Shown here piece after piece: positions 10,028 through 19,992 of a DNA stretch of 64,000 nucleotides. The notes beneath the pieces were generated by a model, which saw nothing but the letters and a program-made list of their open reading frames with translations, made no database searches and was not told the DNA's origin. The translations under genes and the position numbers were made by a program. Position 1 is the first letter of the stretch; every line of letters begins with the position of its first letter. The DNA comes from Acidimicrobiia bacterium. GTDB lineage: Bacteria > Actinomycetota > Acidimicrobiia > Spongiisociales > Spongiisociaceae. The DNA lies in NCBI GenBank assembly GCA_041576165.1, contig JBFGLM010000007.1:32001-96000 (forward strand). The letters are read 5' to 3'.

Positions 10028-11386
10028 ATGACGGCACTCCGGACGAGGCTGGCGGCCGGGGTGCTGCTCATCGTCGCCTGTAGTGGGGGAACGCCGTCGC
10101 CGGCGGAACCCGCCCAGCCGGAGCCGACCCAGACGCCGCCAGCTTCGAGCGCAGCCCCGACAACGGCTGTCGCAAACTCCACGCCACCGTCCGCCGCGGT
10201 GGCGGCGCCCGTGGGCGCCGCGACGACCAGCGGCGATCTCAGCGGCAACCGGATTGTCTGGGGATCGGTCGACTTGGGCCAGGCCCCGCTAGTCGTGGCC
10301 CTGGACCGTCCGGCCGCCTGGATAGTGGGGATCCTCGACGGAGCGAGCCCGACCTGGGTTGTAGTGGCCGACGACGGCACGATCGAGGCCTACCGGATGG
10401 AGAACGATTCCGCGATCCGGGCTCCGATTGGCGGTCCGTTGACGTTGCCCCCGGGTGTGCCACCCTTGGTTGTCGCCGATGCAGCCGGGCCGCAGGTGGT
10501 CGATCTGGCAGATGCGGGTCCCGGATTGGATCCTTCGCCGCTCACTGCTCCGGGTCGGGTGGGTGACGAGGTGATCTTCATGGGAACGGACGGTCGGGTG
10601 GTCGCGGGCGGAGTTCCCGTCGAGGGCCCGCCGGCGCTGGCGGATGGCAGGATCGTGACCTCATCGGAGGGACGGGTGGCCTATCTGGCCGAGCCCACCG
10701 GTCGTTTTGGTCACGGCGTGCTGGGCGACTTCGTCGAGTCGGAGTCGATCGTCGTCACCGACCTTGCGCCCCCCGGATCGGTGGATGCAATCCTCGACGC
10801 GCCCGACGACACCGTGTTCGAGGCCATTTCTCCTATGTGGGCTGATGTTGACGGCGACGGCGTCGAGGAGATCGTGGCGACTGCGTCGGACGGGATGTCG
10901 GGCGCCCGCCTCGTGGTGTATGCCGCGGAGGGCGGGATCATGGCGCAGTCCGTTCCGATTGGGCGCGGCAACCGCTGGCTGAACCAACTCGGCGCGGGCC
11001 CGGTCGGGCCCGGCGGCGAGATCGAGATCGTTGAGGTGCGAACTCCGCACATCGGCGGTGAGGTCCGCTGGTACCGGCTGTCGGGTGGCCAGCTGGTGCT
11101 GCAGACGACCGCCCGCACCTACTCCACCCATCGGATCGGGTCGCGCAACCTGGATCAGGGCCTATTCGTCGACACCAACGGTGATGGCCGTCTCGATGTG
11201 CTCGTGCCGACGCAGGACCAAACGGCGCTGGTAGGACTCGCTAGGACCGGCGACGGGGTGGCGGTCACGGCGTCGGTTGAGCTCGGTGCTCGCCTGGTGA
11301 GCAATGTCGCGGCGGTGGGCTACAGAGATGGCGCCGCCGCGCTGGCCGCCGGCACCGCCGACGGCAGCCTGTATATCTGGCCCTGA
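10028..11386 (+). CDS. Lipoprotein with FG-GAP-like (DxDGDG) repeats
   Basis: Lipobox IVAC, Pro/Thr/Ala linker, DVDGDGVEEIV and DTNGDGRLDVL motifs, HGVLGD and RTPHIGG. Confidence 0.75.
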   Translation: MTALRTRLAAGVLLIVACSGGTPSPAEPAQPEPTQTPPASSAAPTTAVANSTPPSAAVAAPVGAATTSGDLSGNRIVWGSVDLGQAPLVVALDRPAAWIVGILDGASPTWVVVADDGTIEAYRMENDSAIRAPIGGPLTLPPGVPPLVVADAAGPQVVDLADAGPGLDPSPLTAPGRVGDEVIFMGTDGRVVAGGVPVEGPPALADGRIVTSSEGRVAYLAEPTGRFGHGVLGDFVESESIVVTDLAPPGSVDAILDAPDDTVFEAISPMWADVDGDGVEEIVATASDGMSGARLVVYAAEGGIMAQSVPIGRGNRWLNQLGAGPVGPGGEIEIVEVRTPHIGGEVRWYRLSGGQLVLQTTARTYSTHRIGSRNLDQGLFVDTNGDGRLDVLVPTQDQTALVGLARTGDGVAVTASVELGARLVSNVAAVGYRDGAAALAAGTADGSLYIWP

Positions 11387-11393
11387 CCACCGT

Positions 11394-12566
11394 TCAGCCC
11401 TCGACGTGGGACTGGTTGAGGGGCATGAGGAAGAACCACAACGGCCGGGGGATGTCCTCGTCCTGGGCCATGGCTGCCTGGGCGGCGTGCACCACTTTGC
11501 CGGCTTCGGTGTGCTGGTAGATCCAGCTGTCCACCTGGCGGGCGCCCGGGACGTGATCAGCGAGCGACTGGGCCGCCTCTTCGTAATAGGAGCGGACGTC
11601 TAGCGCGGCCGCAAGCACGTCGCCCCCCGGCACCCCGGCCTCTTTGAAGTGGACACCCTCGCCGATGCGGACGAACGCCTCGAGAATCGCCGGAATGTCA
11701 TCGACCGTGCCGGCCCGCCCGACGCTGGTGATCCCGTTGCGTTCGAGCGTTCGGTTGTAGGCCGGCCGGATCCCGTTGGCTTCGTCGATCGCCGGATGCA
11801 GATCGGGATCGAACCTCGGCGGAATCTGGCAGACGAGCGCCTCGTCTGATTGATCTTCCAGAACCTCGGGAAACTCGACGAGCACCGGTCCGGATGGCTC
11901 CTTCAGCAGATCGAGGGCGGCCGTCATGACCCTCTTCTGGTAGTCGGGGTCGTTAGGTTTGCCCAGCGGGCGCCCCAGCGGAAACTCGACGTACAGCGCC
12001 CGGGGCGGGGCGGACCGTTCGATCTGGCCCCGGACCGACGCAATCACGACGGTGGAAAGCCCGGCGCCTTCGAGGATGTGGCCCAGCGTACCGACCGTAC
12101 GCGTGCACAGCGGTCAGACGGGAGTGAGCAACACCACCTCAACGCCGTCGTCCTGGAGGATTTGCGCAGCGGCCGGGCCGGTGTCGAGGCGCATGGTGGC
12201 GAGTGTGTGGTCTCCCTGCGCGCCCATGAACGAGATGTGTTGGTTTGCGACTGAGCCGATTGTGCCCGCGGCGGCCATTTCGTCGAGGCGGTCCATCGGG
12301 ATGACGACGTTGATGTCGCTGTTGAATCCAGACCTGTCAAAGTTCTGGCTGCGATGCGACAGCGTGAGGTGTTTCTCGCCGTGAGGAATCACCGTGAAGC
12401 CCTGGTCCTGGTTCGACCACATGATCACGCCGTCGGTGCGCAGACCCGCGGTCGTGACAATCGCCACCCGGGCGTCGGCCAGCGCCGGGGGCCTGGTGAA
12501 CGCGGTCTCCTCGAACTCGTATACGGGAATGTCGTTGTACGTTGCTCTGACTTTGGCGTCGCTCAT
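11394..12566 (-). CDS. PrdB/GrdB-like selenoprotein (Sec151, UxxC) with C-terminal extension, 390 aa
   Basis: ORFs 12114-12626 and 11394-12047 are in one frame, separated only by TGA 12114-12116. Readthrough gives VLLTPV-U-PLCTRTVGTLGHILEGAGLSTVVI...PPRALYVEFPLGRPLG. ARVAIVTTAG and DINVVIPMDRLDEM are reductase selenoprotein B motifs. Confidence 0.88.
12086..12102 (-). promoter_or_regulatory. Bacterial SECIS hairpin
   Basis: UGA + 11 nt + GCGUAC-GGUCG-GUACGC; spacing and GGUC loop match the E. coli fdhF SECIS. Confidence 0.8.
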
Positions 12567-12620
12567 GGGAGGCGAGCGTAGCGGCTCACCGCTCACGGCC
12601 GCGCAAGATCGAGCAGCGTT

Positions 12621-12647
12621 TGTCACAACCAGGAAGGCTGTCTCGTC
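12621..12647 (+). promoter_or_regulatory. ECF41 (SigJ)-type promoter
   Basis: Exact TGTCACA-N16-CGTC upstream of the oxidoreductase-sigJ operon; AAGGAG RBS at 12661. Confidence 0.85.
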
Positions 12648-12670
12648 AACTCTGCGTCGAAAGGAGTTGT

Positions 12671-13936
12671 ATGACGACCATCGTCATCGGCGGCGGCCTC
12701 TCAGGCCTGACCGCAGCCAACACCCTGGCGGATCGTGGCGAAACCGTCACCTTGCTCGAAGCACGCAATCGGCTCGGTGGCCGTGCCACCACCGACGAGC
12801 GGGACGGGCACCTGTTCAACCAGGGCCCCCACGCCCTCTATCTGGCCGGCAACGGCCTGCGAATCCTGCGCGAGCTTGGCATCGATCCGCCGGGCGGGGT
12901 ACCGCCCGTCGAGGGCGCGCTGGGCGTCTACGAAGGTCAAATCGTGCGATTGCCGTCCAGTCGCTGGTCCTTGCTGCGGACGCCGCTCCTCGCCGCGAGC
13001 GAGAAGATCGAGCTGGCGAAGATGCTCCTGGCCCTCACCCGGGTTGCGACCAGCCCCCTTGCCGCCATGTCGACACGTGAGTGGTTGGACGCAACCTTGA
13101 GCACGGAACGTCTCCGGCTGCTGGTTGGGGGCATGATCAGTGTTGCCACCTATGCGGCCGATCTCGACGTGCTCTCCGCCGATGTCGGTGTGTCTCAGCT
13201 GCAGCTGGCATTTCACAACGTTCGGTACGTCGATGGAGGATGGGAAACGATCGTGAATGCCCTGGCCGCCCGGGCCCGCACCGCCGGCGTGGACATCCGC
13301 ACCGGATCTGCTGCTTCCTCGGTCGAGCCGGCGCGCGGCGGCGGTTGGGCGGTGGACCTCTCCGATGGCAGATTGAGGGCGGATCAGGTCATCGTTGCGG
13401 CCGCCTCACCGGCCGCGGCGGCGCGCCTGACCGGTTCGGAGGCCCTGCTGGAATCGAGCGGGCGGGTGCAGCCGATTGCTGCCGCGTCTCTGGACGTTGG
13501 ACTACGGGCACTGCCAGTCCCTCGTCGTCGTTTCGCGTACGGTATCGACCGTCCACTGTATTTCTCGGTCCACAACCCGCCGGCCGGTCTCGGCCCGGGA
13601 ATCACGCTCCATGTGACGAAATACCTCAGCTGCGACGGTGAGTCACCAGCGGCTTCGGTGCGTTCCGAACTCGAGGACTTCCTCCAGTTGCTGCAGCCGG
13701 GTTGGCGGAACGTTCTCGACACGGCGCGGTTCCTCCGCCGGATGATGGTGTCCAACGCCATCCCGACCGCCCCCCATGGTGCCGGCGGCCGTCCCGACGT
13801 CGTCGTGCCCGACCGCGCCGGCATCTTCGTGGCAGGCGATTGGGTAGGCCCCGAGGGACATCTCGCCGACGCGGCCATAACATCAGGAAGGCGGGCCGCA
13901 GAGGCCGTGCTCGCCGCGAGACTGGTCCGAGCATGA
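12671..13936 (+). CDS. FAD-dependent oxidoreductase (phytoene desaturase-like), ECF41 target
   Basis: IVIGGGLSGL...LEARNRLGGR, FNQGPH, FVAGDWVG; ATGA-coupled to the sigma gene. Confidence 0.85.
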   Translation: MTTIVIGGGLSGLTAANTLADRGETVTLLEARNRLGGRATTDERDGHLFNQGPHALYLAGNGLRILRELGIDPPGGVPPVEGALGVYEGQIVRLPSSRWSLLRTPLLAASEKIELAKMLLALTRVATSPLAAMSTREWLDATLSTERLRLLVGGMISVATYAADLDVLSADVGVSQLQLAFHNVRYVDGGWETIVNALAARARTAGVDIRTGSAASSVEPARGGGWAVDLSDGRLRADQVIVAAASPAAAARLTGSEALLESSGRVQPIAAASLDVGLRALPVPRRRFAYGIDRPLYFSVHNPPAGLGPGITLHVTKYLSCDGESPAASVRSELEDFLQLLQPGWRNVLDTARFLRRMMVSNAIPTAPHGAGGRPDVVVPDRAGIFVAGDWVGPEGHLADAAITSGRRAAEAVLAARLVRA

Positions 13937-14817
13937 GCGAGATCTTCGAGGCACACCGGCGCCGGCTGTTCGGTATCGCATACGCCATGCTGGGCCAAGT
14001 CATGGACGCCGAGGACGTTGTCCAGGACGCCTATTTGCGCTGGCAATCGGTGGAACAGACCCGGGTCGAGAACCCGGGCGGCTACCTCACAACCATCACC
14101 ACCCGAATCGCCATCGATCGCCTTCGTTCGGCCCAGAAACGGCGCGAAACATACATCGGGCCGTGGCTCCCGGAGCCAGTCGTGACGGACGCTGATCCCG
14201 CAGATGTCGTGGCCGAAGCCGAGCGGATCTCCTTTGCGTTCCTGACCGCTCTGGAGCGCCTCAACCCGGTGGAGCGGGCCGTGCTGGTGCTGCGGGATGT
14301 GTTCGATCTGGAGTACGCGGACATCGCCGACGTTGTCGACCGGACCCCAGCCAATTGTCGCCAGATTGCGGTCAGGGCGCGGGAGCACGTCGGCGACGCC
14401 GGCCGCTCGTACAAGCCGCCACCGGAACGCGAGCAGGAACTTGTCGCTGCCTTCGTCACCGCCCTGGCGGAGGGAGAGCTGGATCGGCTGATGGACGTGT
14501 TCGCCGCAGATGTGACCCTGTGGTCGGACGGCGGTGGGAAGGCTCGGGCCGCTCGTCACCCGATCTCCGGCGCGCTGAAGGTCGCCCGGTTTCTGCTCGG
14601 GATCCGGAGGAACGCCACGCCCGATGACACGTGGGGATACACCACCGCGAACGGAGACCCCGCCATTGTCGTGGCTCGTGACGGCAAACCCTTCTCGGTC
14701 ATGGTGCTCCAGATGTCCTATGGCGGGATCGTCGCGCTCCGCTCAGTGCTCAACCCGGACAAGCTCGAACATTGGTCCGACGTCGCAGCACCGAACCCCA
14801 TGACGTTCGTGACGTAG
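13933..14817 (+). CDS. sigJ: ECF41 family sigma factor SigJ with SnoaL-like C-terminal domain
   Basis: YIGPWLPEP linker, DGGGK and NPDKL motifs. Confidence 0.93.
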   Translation: MSEIFEAHRRRLFGIAYAMLGQVMDAEDVVQDAYLRWQSVEQTRVENPGGYLTTITTRIAIDRLRSAQKRRETYIGPWLPEPVVTDADPADVVAEAERISFAFLTALERLNPVERAVLVLRDVFDLEYADIADVVDRTPANCRQIAVRAREHVGDAGRSYKPPPEREQELVAAFVTALAEGELDRLMDVFAADVTLWSDGGGKARAARHPISGALKVARFLLGIRRNATPDDTWGYTTANGDPAIVVARDGKPFSVMVLQMSYGGIVALRSVLNPDKLEHWSDVAAPNPMTFVT

Positions 14818-14866
14818 CCGTCGGCGTCCGGTCTACGCTTCCACGCAGGCGGCCACGGGGAGCAAC

Positions 14867-16393
14867 ATGCAGACGGGATCCAACGTCAGCACCGTGATCG
14901 AGGGCTGGATCGACCAGCGCGGCCCGGACGCAAGCGTGTTGATCACCGCCGCCGACGAGCACTGGTCGGGGGATCGGCTCCGCACCACCGTCAACCGGGT
15001 TGCCTCGCGGCTGCGCGAACTGGGAGTCCGGCGCGAAGAACGGATCCTCGTCGTGCTCGATGACACCCCGGCGTTTCCCGCCGCATTCCTGGGCTCGATG
15101 CGCATCGGCGCGGTACCGGTGCCGGTCAACTTCCTGGCCCGTCCGGAAGACTTCGGCTATTTCCTGGACGACGCCTACGCGGTGGCGGCCATTGTCGACG
15201 CGGCATTCCTACCGGTGGTTGAGCCCCAGGTCACGTCCCGGCCGAAGGTGCGGCTCATCGTCGCCAACGGAGAGCCGCCCGCCGGCGCTGACAACCTCGA
15301 CGATTTCATGACAGAAGGTAACGCCGATACCGCGCCGGTCGCCACCCACCCCGACGACATGGCCTTCTGGCTGTACTCCTCCGGTTCCACCGGGAAGCCG
15401 AAGGGTGTTGTGCACAGCCACGCCGACGTGGCCCCCACCTGTGAGCTCTACGCCGGACCCACTCTCGGGATCGGAACCAACGACACCGTGTTCTCCAGCA
15501 CGAAGATGTTCCACGCCTATGGACTGGGCAACAACCTGACGTTCCCGCTGTGGTGGGGGGCCACCTCGGTGTACCTGACCGGACGCCCAACCCCGGATGC
15601 GTTGCTAGAGCGGGTTGCCACCCACCGGCCCACTCTGTACTTCTCGGTACCGGCCCTCTACAACGCGATCCTGGCCCACCCCGATTTCGACGCCGCGGAT
15701 TGGTCATCGGTCCGGCTGGGCGTTTCGGCGGCCGAGCCGCTTCCACCCGAGATCTGGCGGCGTTTCCATGACCGGACAGGAATCGAGATCCTCGACGGCG
15801 TCGGCTCCACCGAGATGCTCCACATCTATGCCTCCAACCAAGCCGGCTCGGTGAGGCCGGGCACGTCGGGCATGTCGGTCGCTGGGTACGACCTCGAGAT
15901 TCGCAACCCAGAGGGCGAACTGTGCGCCCCCGGTGAGGCGGGGGAGATGTGGGTACGCGGCCCCAGCGCGCTCAGCTCGTACTGGCATCAGCACGAACGG
16001 ACCCGGGAGAAGCTCCGCGGCGGCTGGTTTCTGACCGGTGACCGGTACCGCCGGGATGGCGACGGGTACTACACGTACGAGGGCCGGGTCGACGACATGA
16101 TGAAGGTGGGCGGCTTGTGGGTGAGCCCGATTGAGATCGAGAACCGGCTCATGGAACACGCCGCAGTTCGCGAAGCGGCCGTCGTCGCGGCTCAGATCGA
16201 AGGCACCTCGCGGATCAAAGCCTTTGTGATCCTCGCTGAAGTCGCAGCCAGGACCGACGCGTTGGTCGGCGAGCTGCAGGAATGGTGCAAGTCGGCGCTC
16301 CTTCGGTACCAGTACCCGCACCAGGTCGAATTTGTCGACGACTTTCCGCGTACGGCTACCGGCAAGATTCAGCGCTTCAAACTGCGCGACTGA
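14867..16393 (+). CDS. Benzoate-CoA ligase family protein
   Basis: WLYSSGSTGKPKG, KMFHAYGLGN, SAAEPLP, DGVGSTEMLHI, GLWVSPIEIE, TATGKIQRFKLR. Confidence 0.88.
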   Translation: MQTGSNVSTVIEGWIDQRGPDASVLITAADEHWSGDRLRTTVNRVASRLRELGVRREERILVVLDDTPAFPAAFLGSMRIGAVPVPVNFLARPEDFGYFLDDAYAVAAIVDAAFLPVVEPQVTSRPKVRLIVANGEPPAGADNLDDFMTEGNADTAPVATHPDDMAFWLYSSGSTGKPKGVVHSHADVAPTCELYAGPTLGIGTNDTVFSSTKMFHAYGLGNNLTFPLWWGATSVYLTGRPTPDALLERVATHRPTLYFSVPALYNAILAHPDFDAADWSSVRLGVSAAEPLPPEIWRRFHDRTGIEILDGVGSTEMLHIYASNQAGSVRPGTSGMSVAGYDLEIRNPEGELCAPGEAGEMWVRGPSALSSYWHQHERTREKLRGGWFLTGDRYRRDGDGYYTYEGRVDDMMKVGGLWVSPIEIENRLMEHAAVREAAVVAAQIEGTSRIKAFVILAEVAARTDALVGELQEWCKSALLRYQYPHQVEFVDDFPRTATGKIQRFKLRD

Positions 16394-16441
16394 CCGTGGG
16401 AGGCGGCGGCAAGGTGCCCGACGCAGAGGGGTGGCAACCGG

Positions 16442-16474
16442 CGAGCGGGGGACCCCGGTCGGGTCCCCCGCTCG
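16442..16474. terminator. Hairpin between convergent genes
   Basis: CGAGCGGGGGACCC-cggtc-GGGTCCCCCGCTCG, 14-bp perfect stem. Confidence 0.75.
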
Positions 16475-16487
16475 AATTCACCGCCAT

Positions 16488-16832
16488 CTAGAGGTACGCG
16501 AGCTCCTGTCCCGCCTGCCCGTACAGGCCGAGCCGACGATCCAATTCTTCGCCGGTGAAGTACATGTGGAAAGCGAAGCCCTCACACACGAACATGGCCT
16601 TGTTCAGCAACACGATGAAGTCATCGCGGCCGGTGATGTCGAACATCACTTCCATATCGCCACGGACAAGGAACATGCCGTCGTTGACCTGCATCAGCAC
16701 CAGGGGCTCAGATACCTTGCCCTCAGCGGCCAGCTTGCCGAAATACGTGCGGAAATCGGCCAGCACCGCCAGCGCCTTTGCCTCGCGGCCGGGATACGGC
16801 TTGAGCCACTTGAAGACCAGCGCGTAGTCCAT
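16488..16832 (-). CDS. Hypothetical protein, 114 aa (possible dimeric alpha-beta barrel)
   Basis: GGGAGG before ATG 16832 (MDYALVFKW...PGREAKAL); typical GC3 bias. Confidence 0.7.
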   Translation of the reverse strand: MDYALVFKWLKPYPGREAKALAVLADFRTYFGKLAAEGKVSEPLVLMQVNDGMFLVRGDMEVMFDITGRDDFIVLLNKAMFVCEGFAFHMYFTGEELDRRLGLYGQAGQELAYL

Positions 16833-17006
16833 CCGGACCTCCCTTGCGCGGTCGGACCCTCCCGGCATCCTTGTGCGGGTCGACCGCCTTCGGCTAGGGC
16901 CGAAGGGCTCAGCACCGGCCTTTTGAGCCGGTCGGATCATGGAGCGAAGGCGGCAGGTGGGAAAGGACCCGGGAGTAGCGCAACTGGGGCCGTAGCGTGA
17001 TTGGGC

Positions 17007-17693
17007 ATGTTGCGCAGACGACGCCCGGCCGATCCAAACGAGGTCGGGCCGGCACAGACGGTGGGCGACGCCTCGCCTTCTGATGAACTGGTGTCGTTGT
17101 TGGTAGCCAGTGCCGAACCCGTCCTGGACGCGCCGGAGGGGCATCGACGATCGTCGCCGGCCGGGGGTCGTTGCCTCTATGGAGCGGCTGGGAGTCGACG
17201 TCGGCGAATTCCTCGCCGAATACGACCTTGGGCGCGATTACCAGTGGACCATCCGCTGAGCCGGGTAGATCGCACACTCGATGCGGCGTTCGTCCCGCCG
17301 GGCTTGGCCCGGGCGACTGCCGAGATGCTGGGAGCGCTAGCCGACCCGCTCACCGTGCGGCGCCTGGCCCGCTATGCCACCAGGGCGGCTGCCCGGGCGC
17401 GCATGGCGTCCGATGCGCGTCTCGCAAACGCCGCGATGCGTGCCCATGCTGTCCTCATCCACTCACGAGCGCCGGCCGATCGACGCGACGACATGGTGAG
17501 CCTGGTGCCAATTGACGTCGCGGCGCGCGAACACATCGGGGACCGCCACCTGCAAACGCTCACCGATCTGGTACCGGATTCCGACGTCGAGTTCGTACAG
17601 AGCTTCTCCGCTCGCACCGACGTGACACCGGCAGCATTCGGTTGGATCGAGTTGGATGCGCCGCATGGAGTTTGGATAGTCCCAGACCGCTGA
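17007..17693 (+). CDS. Hypothetical protein, possibly frameshifted
   Basis: Open frame, but the middle (17140-17260) reads better in another frame (MERLGVDVGEFLAEYDLGRDY). Confidence 0.35.
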   Translation: MLRRRRPADPNEVGPAQTVGDASPSDELVSLLVASAEPVLDAPEGHRRSSPAGGRCLYGAAGSRRRRIPRRIRPWARLPVDHPLSRVDRTLDAAFVPPGLARATAEMLGALADPLTVRRLARYATRAAARARMASDARLANAAMRAHAVLIHSRAPADRRDDMVSLVPIDVAAREHIGDRHLQTLTDLVPDSDVEFVQSFSARTDVTPAAFGWIELDAPHGVWIVPDR

Positions 17694-17842
17694 AACCGGC
17701 ACCGCGTCTCACGCAACCCGGCGCCTGCCCGTTTCATCCATGCCGGCTGCCCGGCGAAACAAACCACCGTCGGGACCGGTTGACCTAGCTGGTAGCGTCG
17801 CCGCCCGGCCGATCGCGCTTCCACACCCAGGAGCTCGCACAT

Positions 17843-18793
17843 ATGGGATCACGGGTCCTGTCGACATCGGTCGGCACCAATCGAGAGGCGTTCCGGCCGT
17901 TGGACTGGGTGCTGTTCGTGTCGATCGCGCTGATCTGGGGTTCGTCGTTCCTGCTGATGGCGATAGGCCTGCAATCGCTTGCGCCAGGACTGATCACCTG
18001 GATGCGGGTCGGATTCGGAGCGGCAATCCTGTCGTTGGTGCCTCGGGCGCGGAAGGCGATCGACTCCGAGGATCGGCCCCGCATCCTCGCCCTCTCGTTC
18101 ATCTGGGTGGCAATTCCTTTCAGCCTGTTCCCGCTGGCCCAGCAGTACATCAACTCGGCGGTCACCGGCATTCTCAACGGCGGTACACCCATCTTCACGG
18201 CCATTGTCGCCACGATCCTCCTGCGCCGGCTGCCGCGTGGTGCCCAGCTGCTCGGATTGTTCGTCGGTTTTGGTGGTGTCGTGCTCGTCAGCCTCGCTCG
18301 CGGCTCGACCGGCACCAATGAAGCGCTCGGCGTCTTTCTCGCCGTCCTCGCCACGGTCTGTTACGGCGTGGCGATCAACATTGCGGCACCCATTCAGCAG
18401 AAATACGGCTCGGTGCCGGTCATGGCCCGCATGCTGGCGCTCGCCGCTATCTGGACCGCTCCCATGGGCCTGGCCGGGCTGCGGTCATCGACTTTCGAAT
18501 GGGGCCCGGTGCTGGCAGTGTCGGCCGCCGGATTCATAGGCACGGGGATCGCGTTCAGCGTCATGGCCACACTGGTTGGACGGGTCGGTTCGACCCGGGC
18601 CTCGTTCAGTACCTACTTGATGCCGGTGGTGGCGACCGTCCTGGGAGTTCTTCTACTCGGTGACAGGATCGTGTCGCTCGAAGTACTGGGCATCGGGTTG
18701 GTGATCGGCGGCGCATTGCTGGCTTCCCGGCGGGAGCGCGGTGAGCCACCGCTACGTGCGGAGAAACCCCGACACATGTCCGCCGGTCGGTGA
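17843..18793 (+). CDS. EamA/DMT family transporter
   Basis: IWGSSFL, two EamA repeats, TYLMPVVA. Confidence 0.9.
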   Translation: MGSRVLSTSVGTNREAFRPLDWVLFVSIALIWGSSFLLMAIGLQSLAPGLITWMRVGFGAAILSLVPRARKAIDSEDRPRILALSFIWVAIPFSLFPLAQQYINSAVTGILNGGTPIFTAIVATILLRRLPRGAQLLGLFVGFGGVVLVSLARGSTGTNEALGVFLAVLATVCYGVAINIAAPIQQKYGSVPVMARMLALAAIWTAPMGLAGLRSSTFEWGPVLAVSAAGFIGTGIAFSVMATLVGRVGSTRASFSTYLMPVVATVLGVLLLGDRIVSLEVLGIGLVIGGALLASRRERGEPPLRAEKPRHMSAGR

Positions 18794-19045
18794 CATCGAC
18801 CGCCGCGCGGATCAGCTCATCCAGCCCGGGCCCCGGCACATGGTTCTGGACCGATCCGCTCCAGCGCGCTCCGACCCTGCTTCGGAGCCGGCCACGGCGG
18901 TTTCGGCTTGAGTGGCCGCAATCGCAGGTCCGGTCTGACGGTTGTTGCGCCCGGCGGAGGCCGGTCTCGAATGTGCGATCATGTCCGGTCATGTCAATCG
19001 GTCGATCCCGACACCAGCTGCGCCCGCCTTGCCCGTGGCGGCCCT

Positions 19046-19933
19046 GTGCGTGAGCCGGCGCACAGGACCGGGATCGCGGCGGCCGCACTCGGGATCGTCT
19101 TGTGGTCGGCAGGCATCATCATGGTGCGGCCGATCCCGATGTCGGGCATTCAGATCGCCTTCTGGCGGGTGTTTCTGGGGGCGGTCGTCTATTGGACGCT
19201 GCTCCGAGTGTCGGGTCGGAAGCTGTCCGGAGACCAGCTTCGGGCCACCGCGCCCGCCGCGATAGCGATCGGACTCGAGATTGCCGTCTTTTTCGTGGCC
19301 TTGAAGATGACAACGGTCGCCAACACTGTGGTCATCGGCGCCCTCCAGCCCATCGTGTTGCTGGCCGTCGCATCGCGCAGGTTTGGCGAACACGTCACCG
19401 GATGGGTGGTCCGGGTGGCAGCGGGAGCGCTCTTCGGGGTGGCGCTGGTGGCGTTCGGTTCTTCGTCGCAGCCGACCTGGAGCCCCACCGGTGACAGCCT
19501 TGCCCTGGTGGCGATGCTGTTGTTCGCCGCATACTTCGCGTTCGCCAAGGCGGCGCGCGCTCGGGTACCGGCGTTCGAGTTCCAGACCGCCGTCTGGATC
19601 GTGGGATCGGTCGTGCTGTTGCCGCTGGCGCTCATCGACGCCGGCGGGCTCCAACTCCCCAGTCCGGCCAATCTGGTCTGGCTGCTGGCGCTGCTGGCGG
19701 TTCCGGGAACCGGGCATCTCCTCGTCAACTGGGCGCACGCCAAGGTGCCGCTCGTCGTGGTCTCCATGCTGACACTGGCCAATCCGGTGCTGGCGACGGC
19801 CGGGGCAGCCGTCTTTCTGGGCGAAGGCGTGGACGGATGGCAAGTGGCGGGTTTCATGTTGGTGCTGGCCGCGTTGGTCGTCACGATCCGGCGCGAGGCC
19901 GAGCTGCGGACACCGGCCGTAGTTCCAACGTGA
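19046..19933 (+). CDS. EamA/DMT family transporter
   Basis: ~10 TM segments, TTVANTVVIGALQP and GTGHLLVNWAH; start approximate. Confidence 0.85.
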   Translation: MREPAHRTGIAAAALGIVLWSAGIIMVRPIPMSGIQIAFWRVFLGAVVYWTLLRVSGRKLSGDQLRATAPAAIAIGLEIAVFFVALKMTTVANTVVIGALQPIVLLAVASRRFGEHVTGWVVRVAAGALFGVALVAFGSSSQPTWSPTGDSLALVAMLLFAAYFAFAKAARARVPAFEFQTAVWIVGSVVLLPLALIDAGGLQLPSPANLVWLLALLAVPGTGHLLVNWAHAKVPLVVVSMLTLANPVLATAGAAVFLGEGVDGWQVAGFMLVLAALVVTIRREAELRTPAVVPT

Positions 19934-19941
19934 TCCCCTGT

Positions 19942-19975
19942 TTGCCGAATATGCGCATATGTGTATAGTCATGCA
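19942..19975 (+). promoter_or_regulatory. ARG box(es) over the argC promoter
   Basis: TGTATAGTCATGCA (19962-19975) plus a degenerate box 20 bp upstream; TTGCCG/TATAGT promoter elements; AAGGAGGA RBS. Confidence 0.7.
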
Positions 19976-19992
19976 GTACAAGGAGGATCCAC

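Noticed and set aside
18790-19053. 87-aa ORF bridging the two EamA genes
   Set aside because: Arg/Pro/Ser-rich, atypical composition and no motif.
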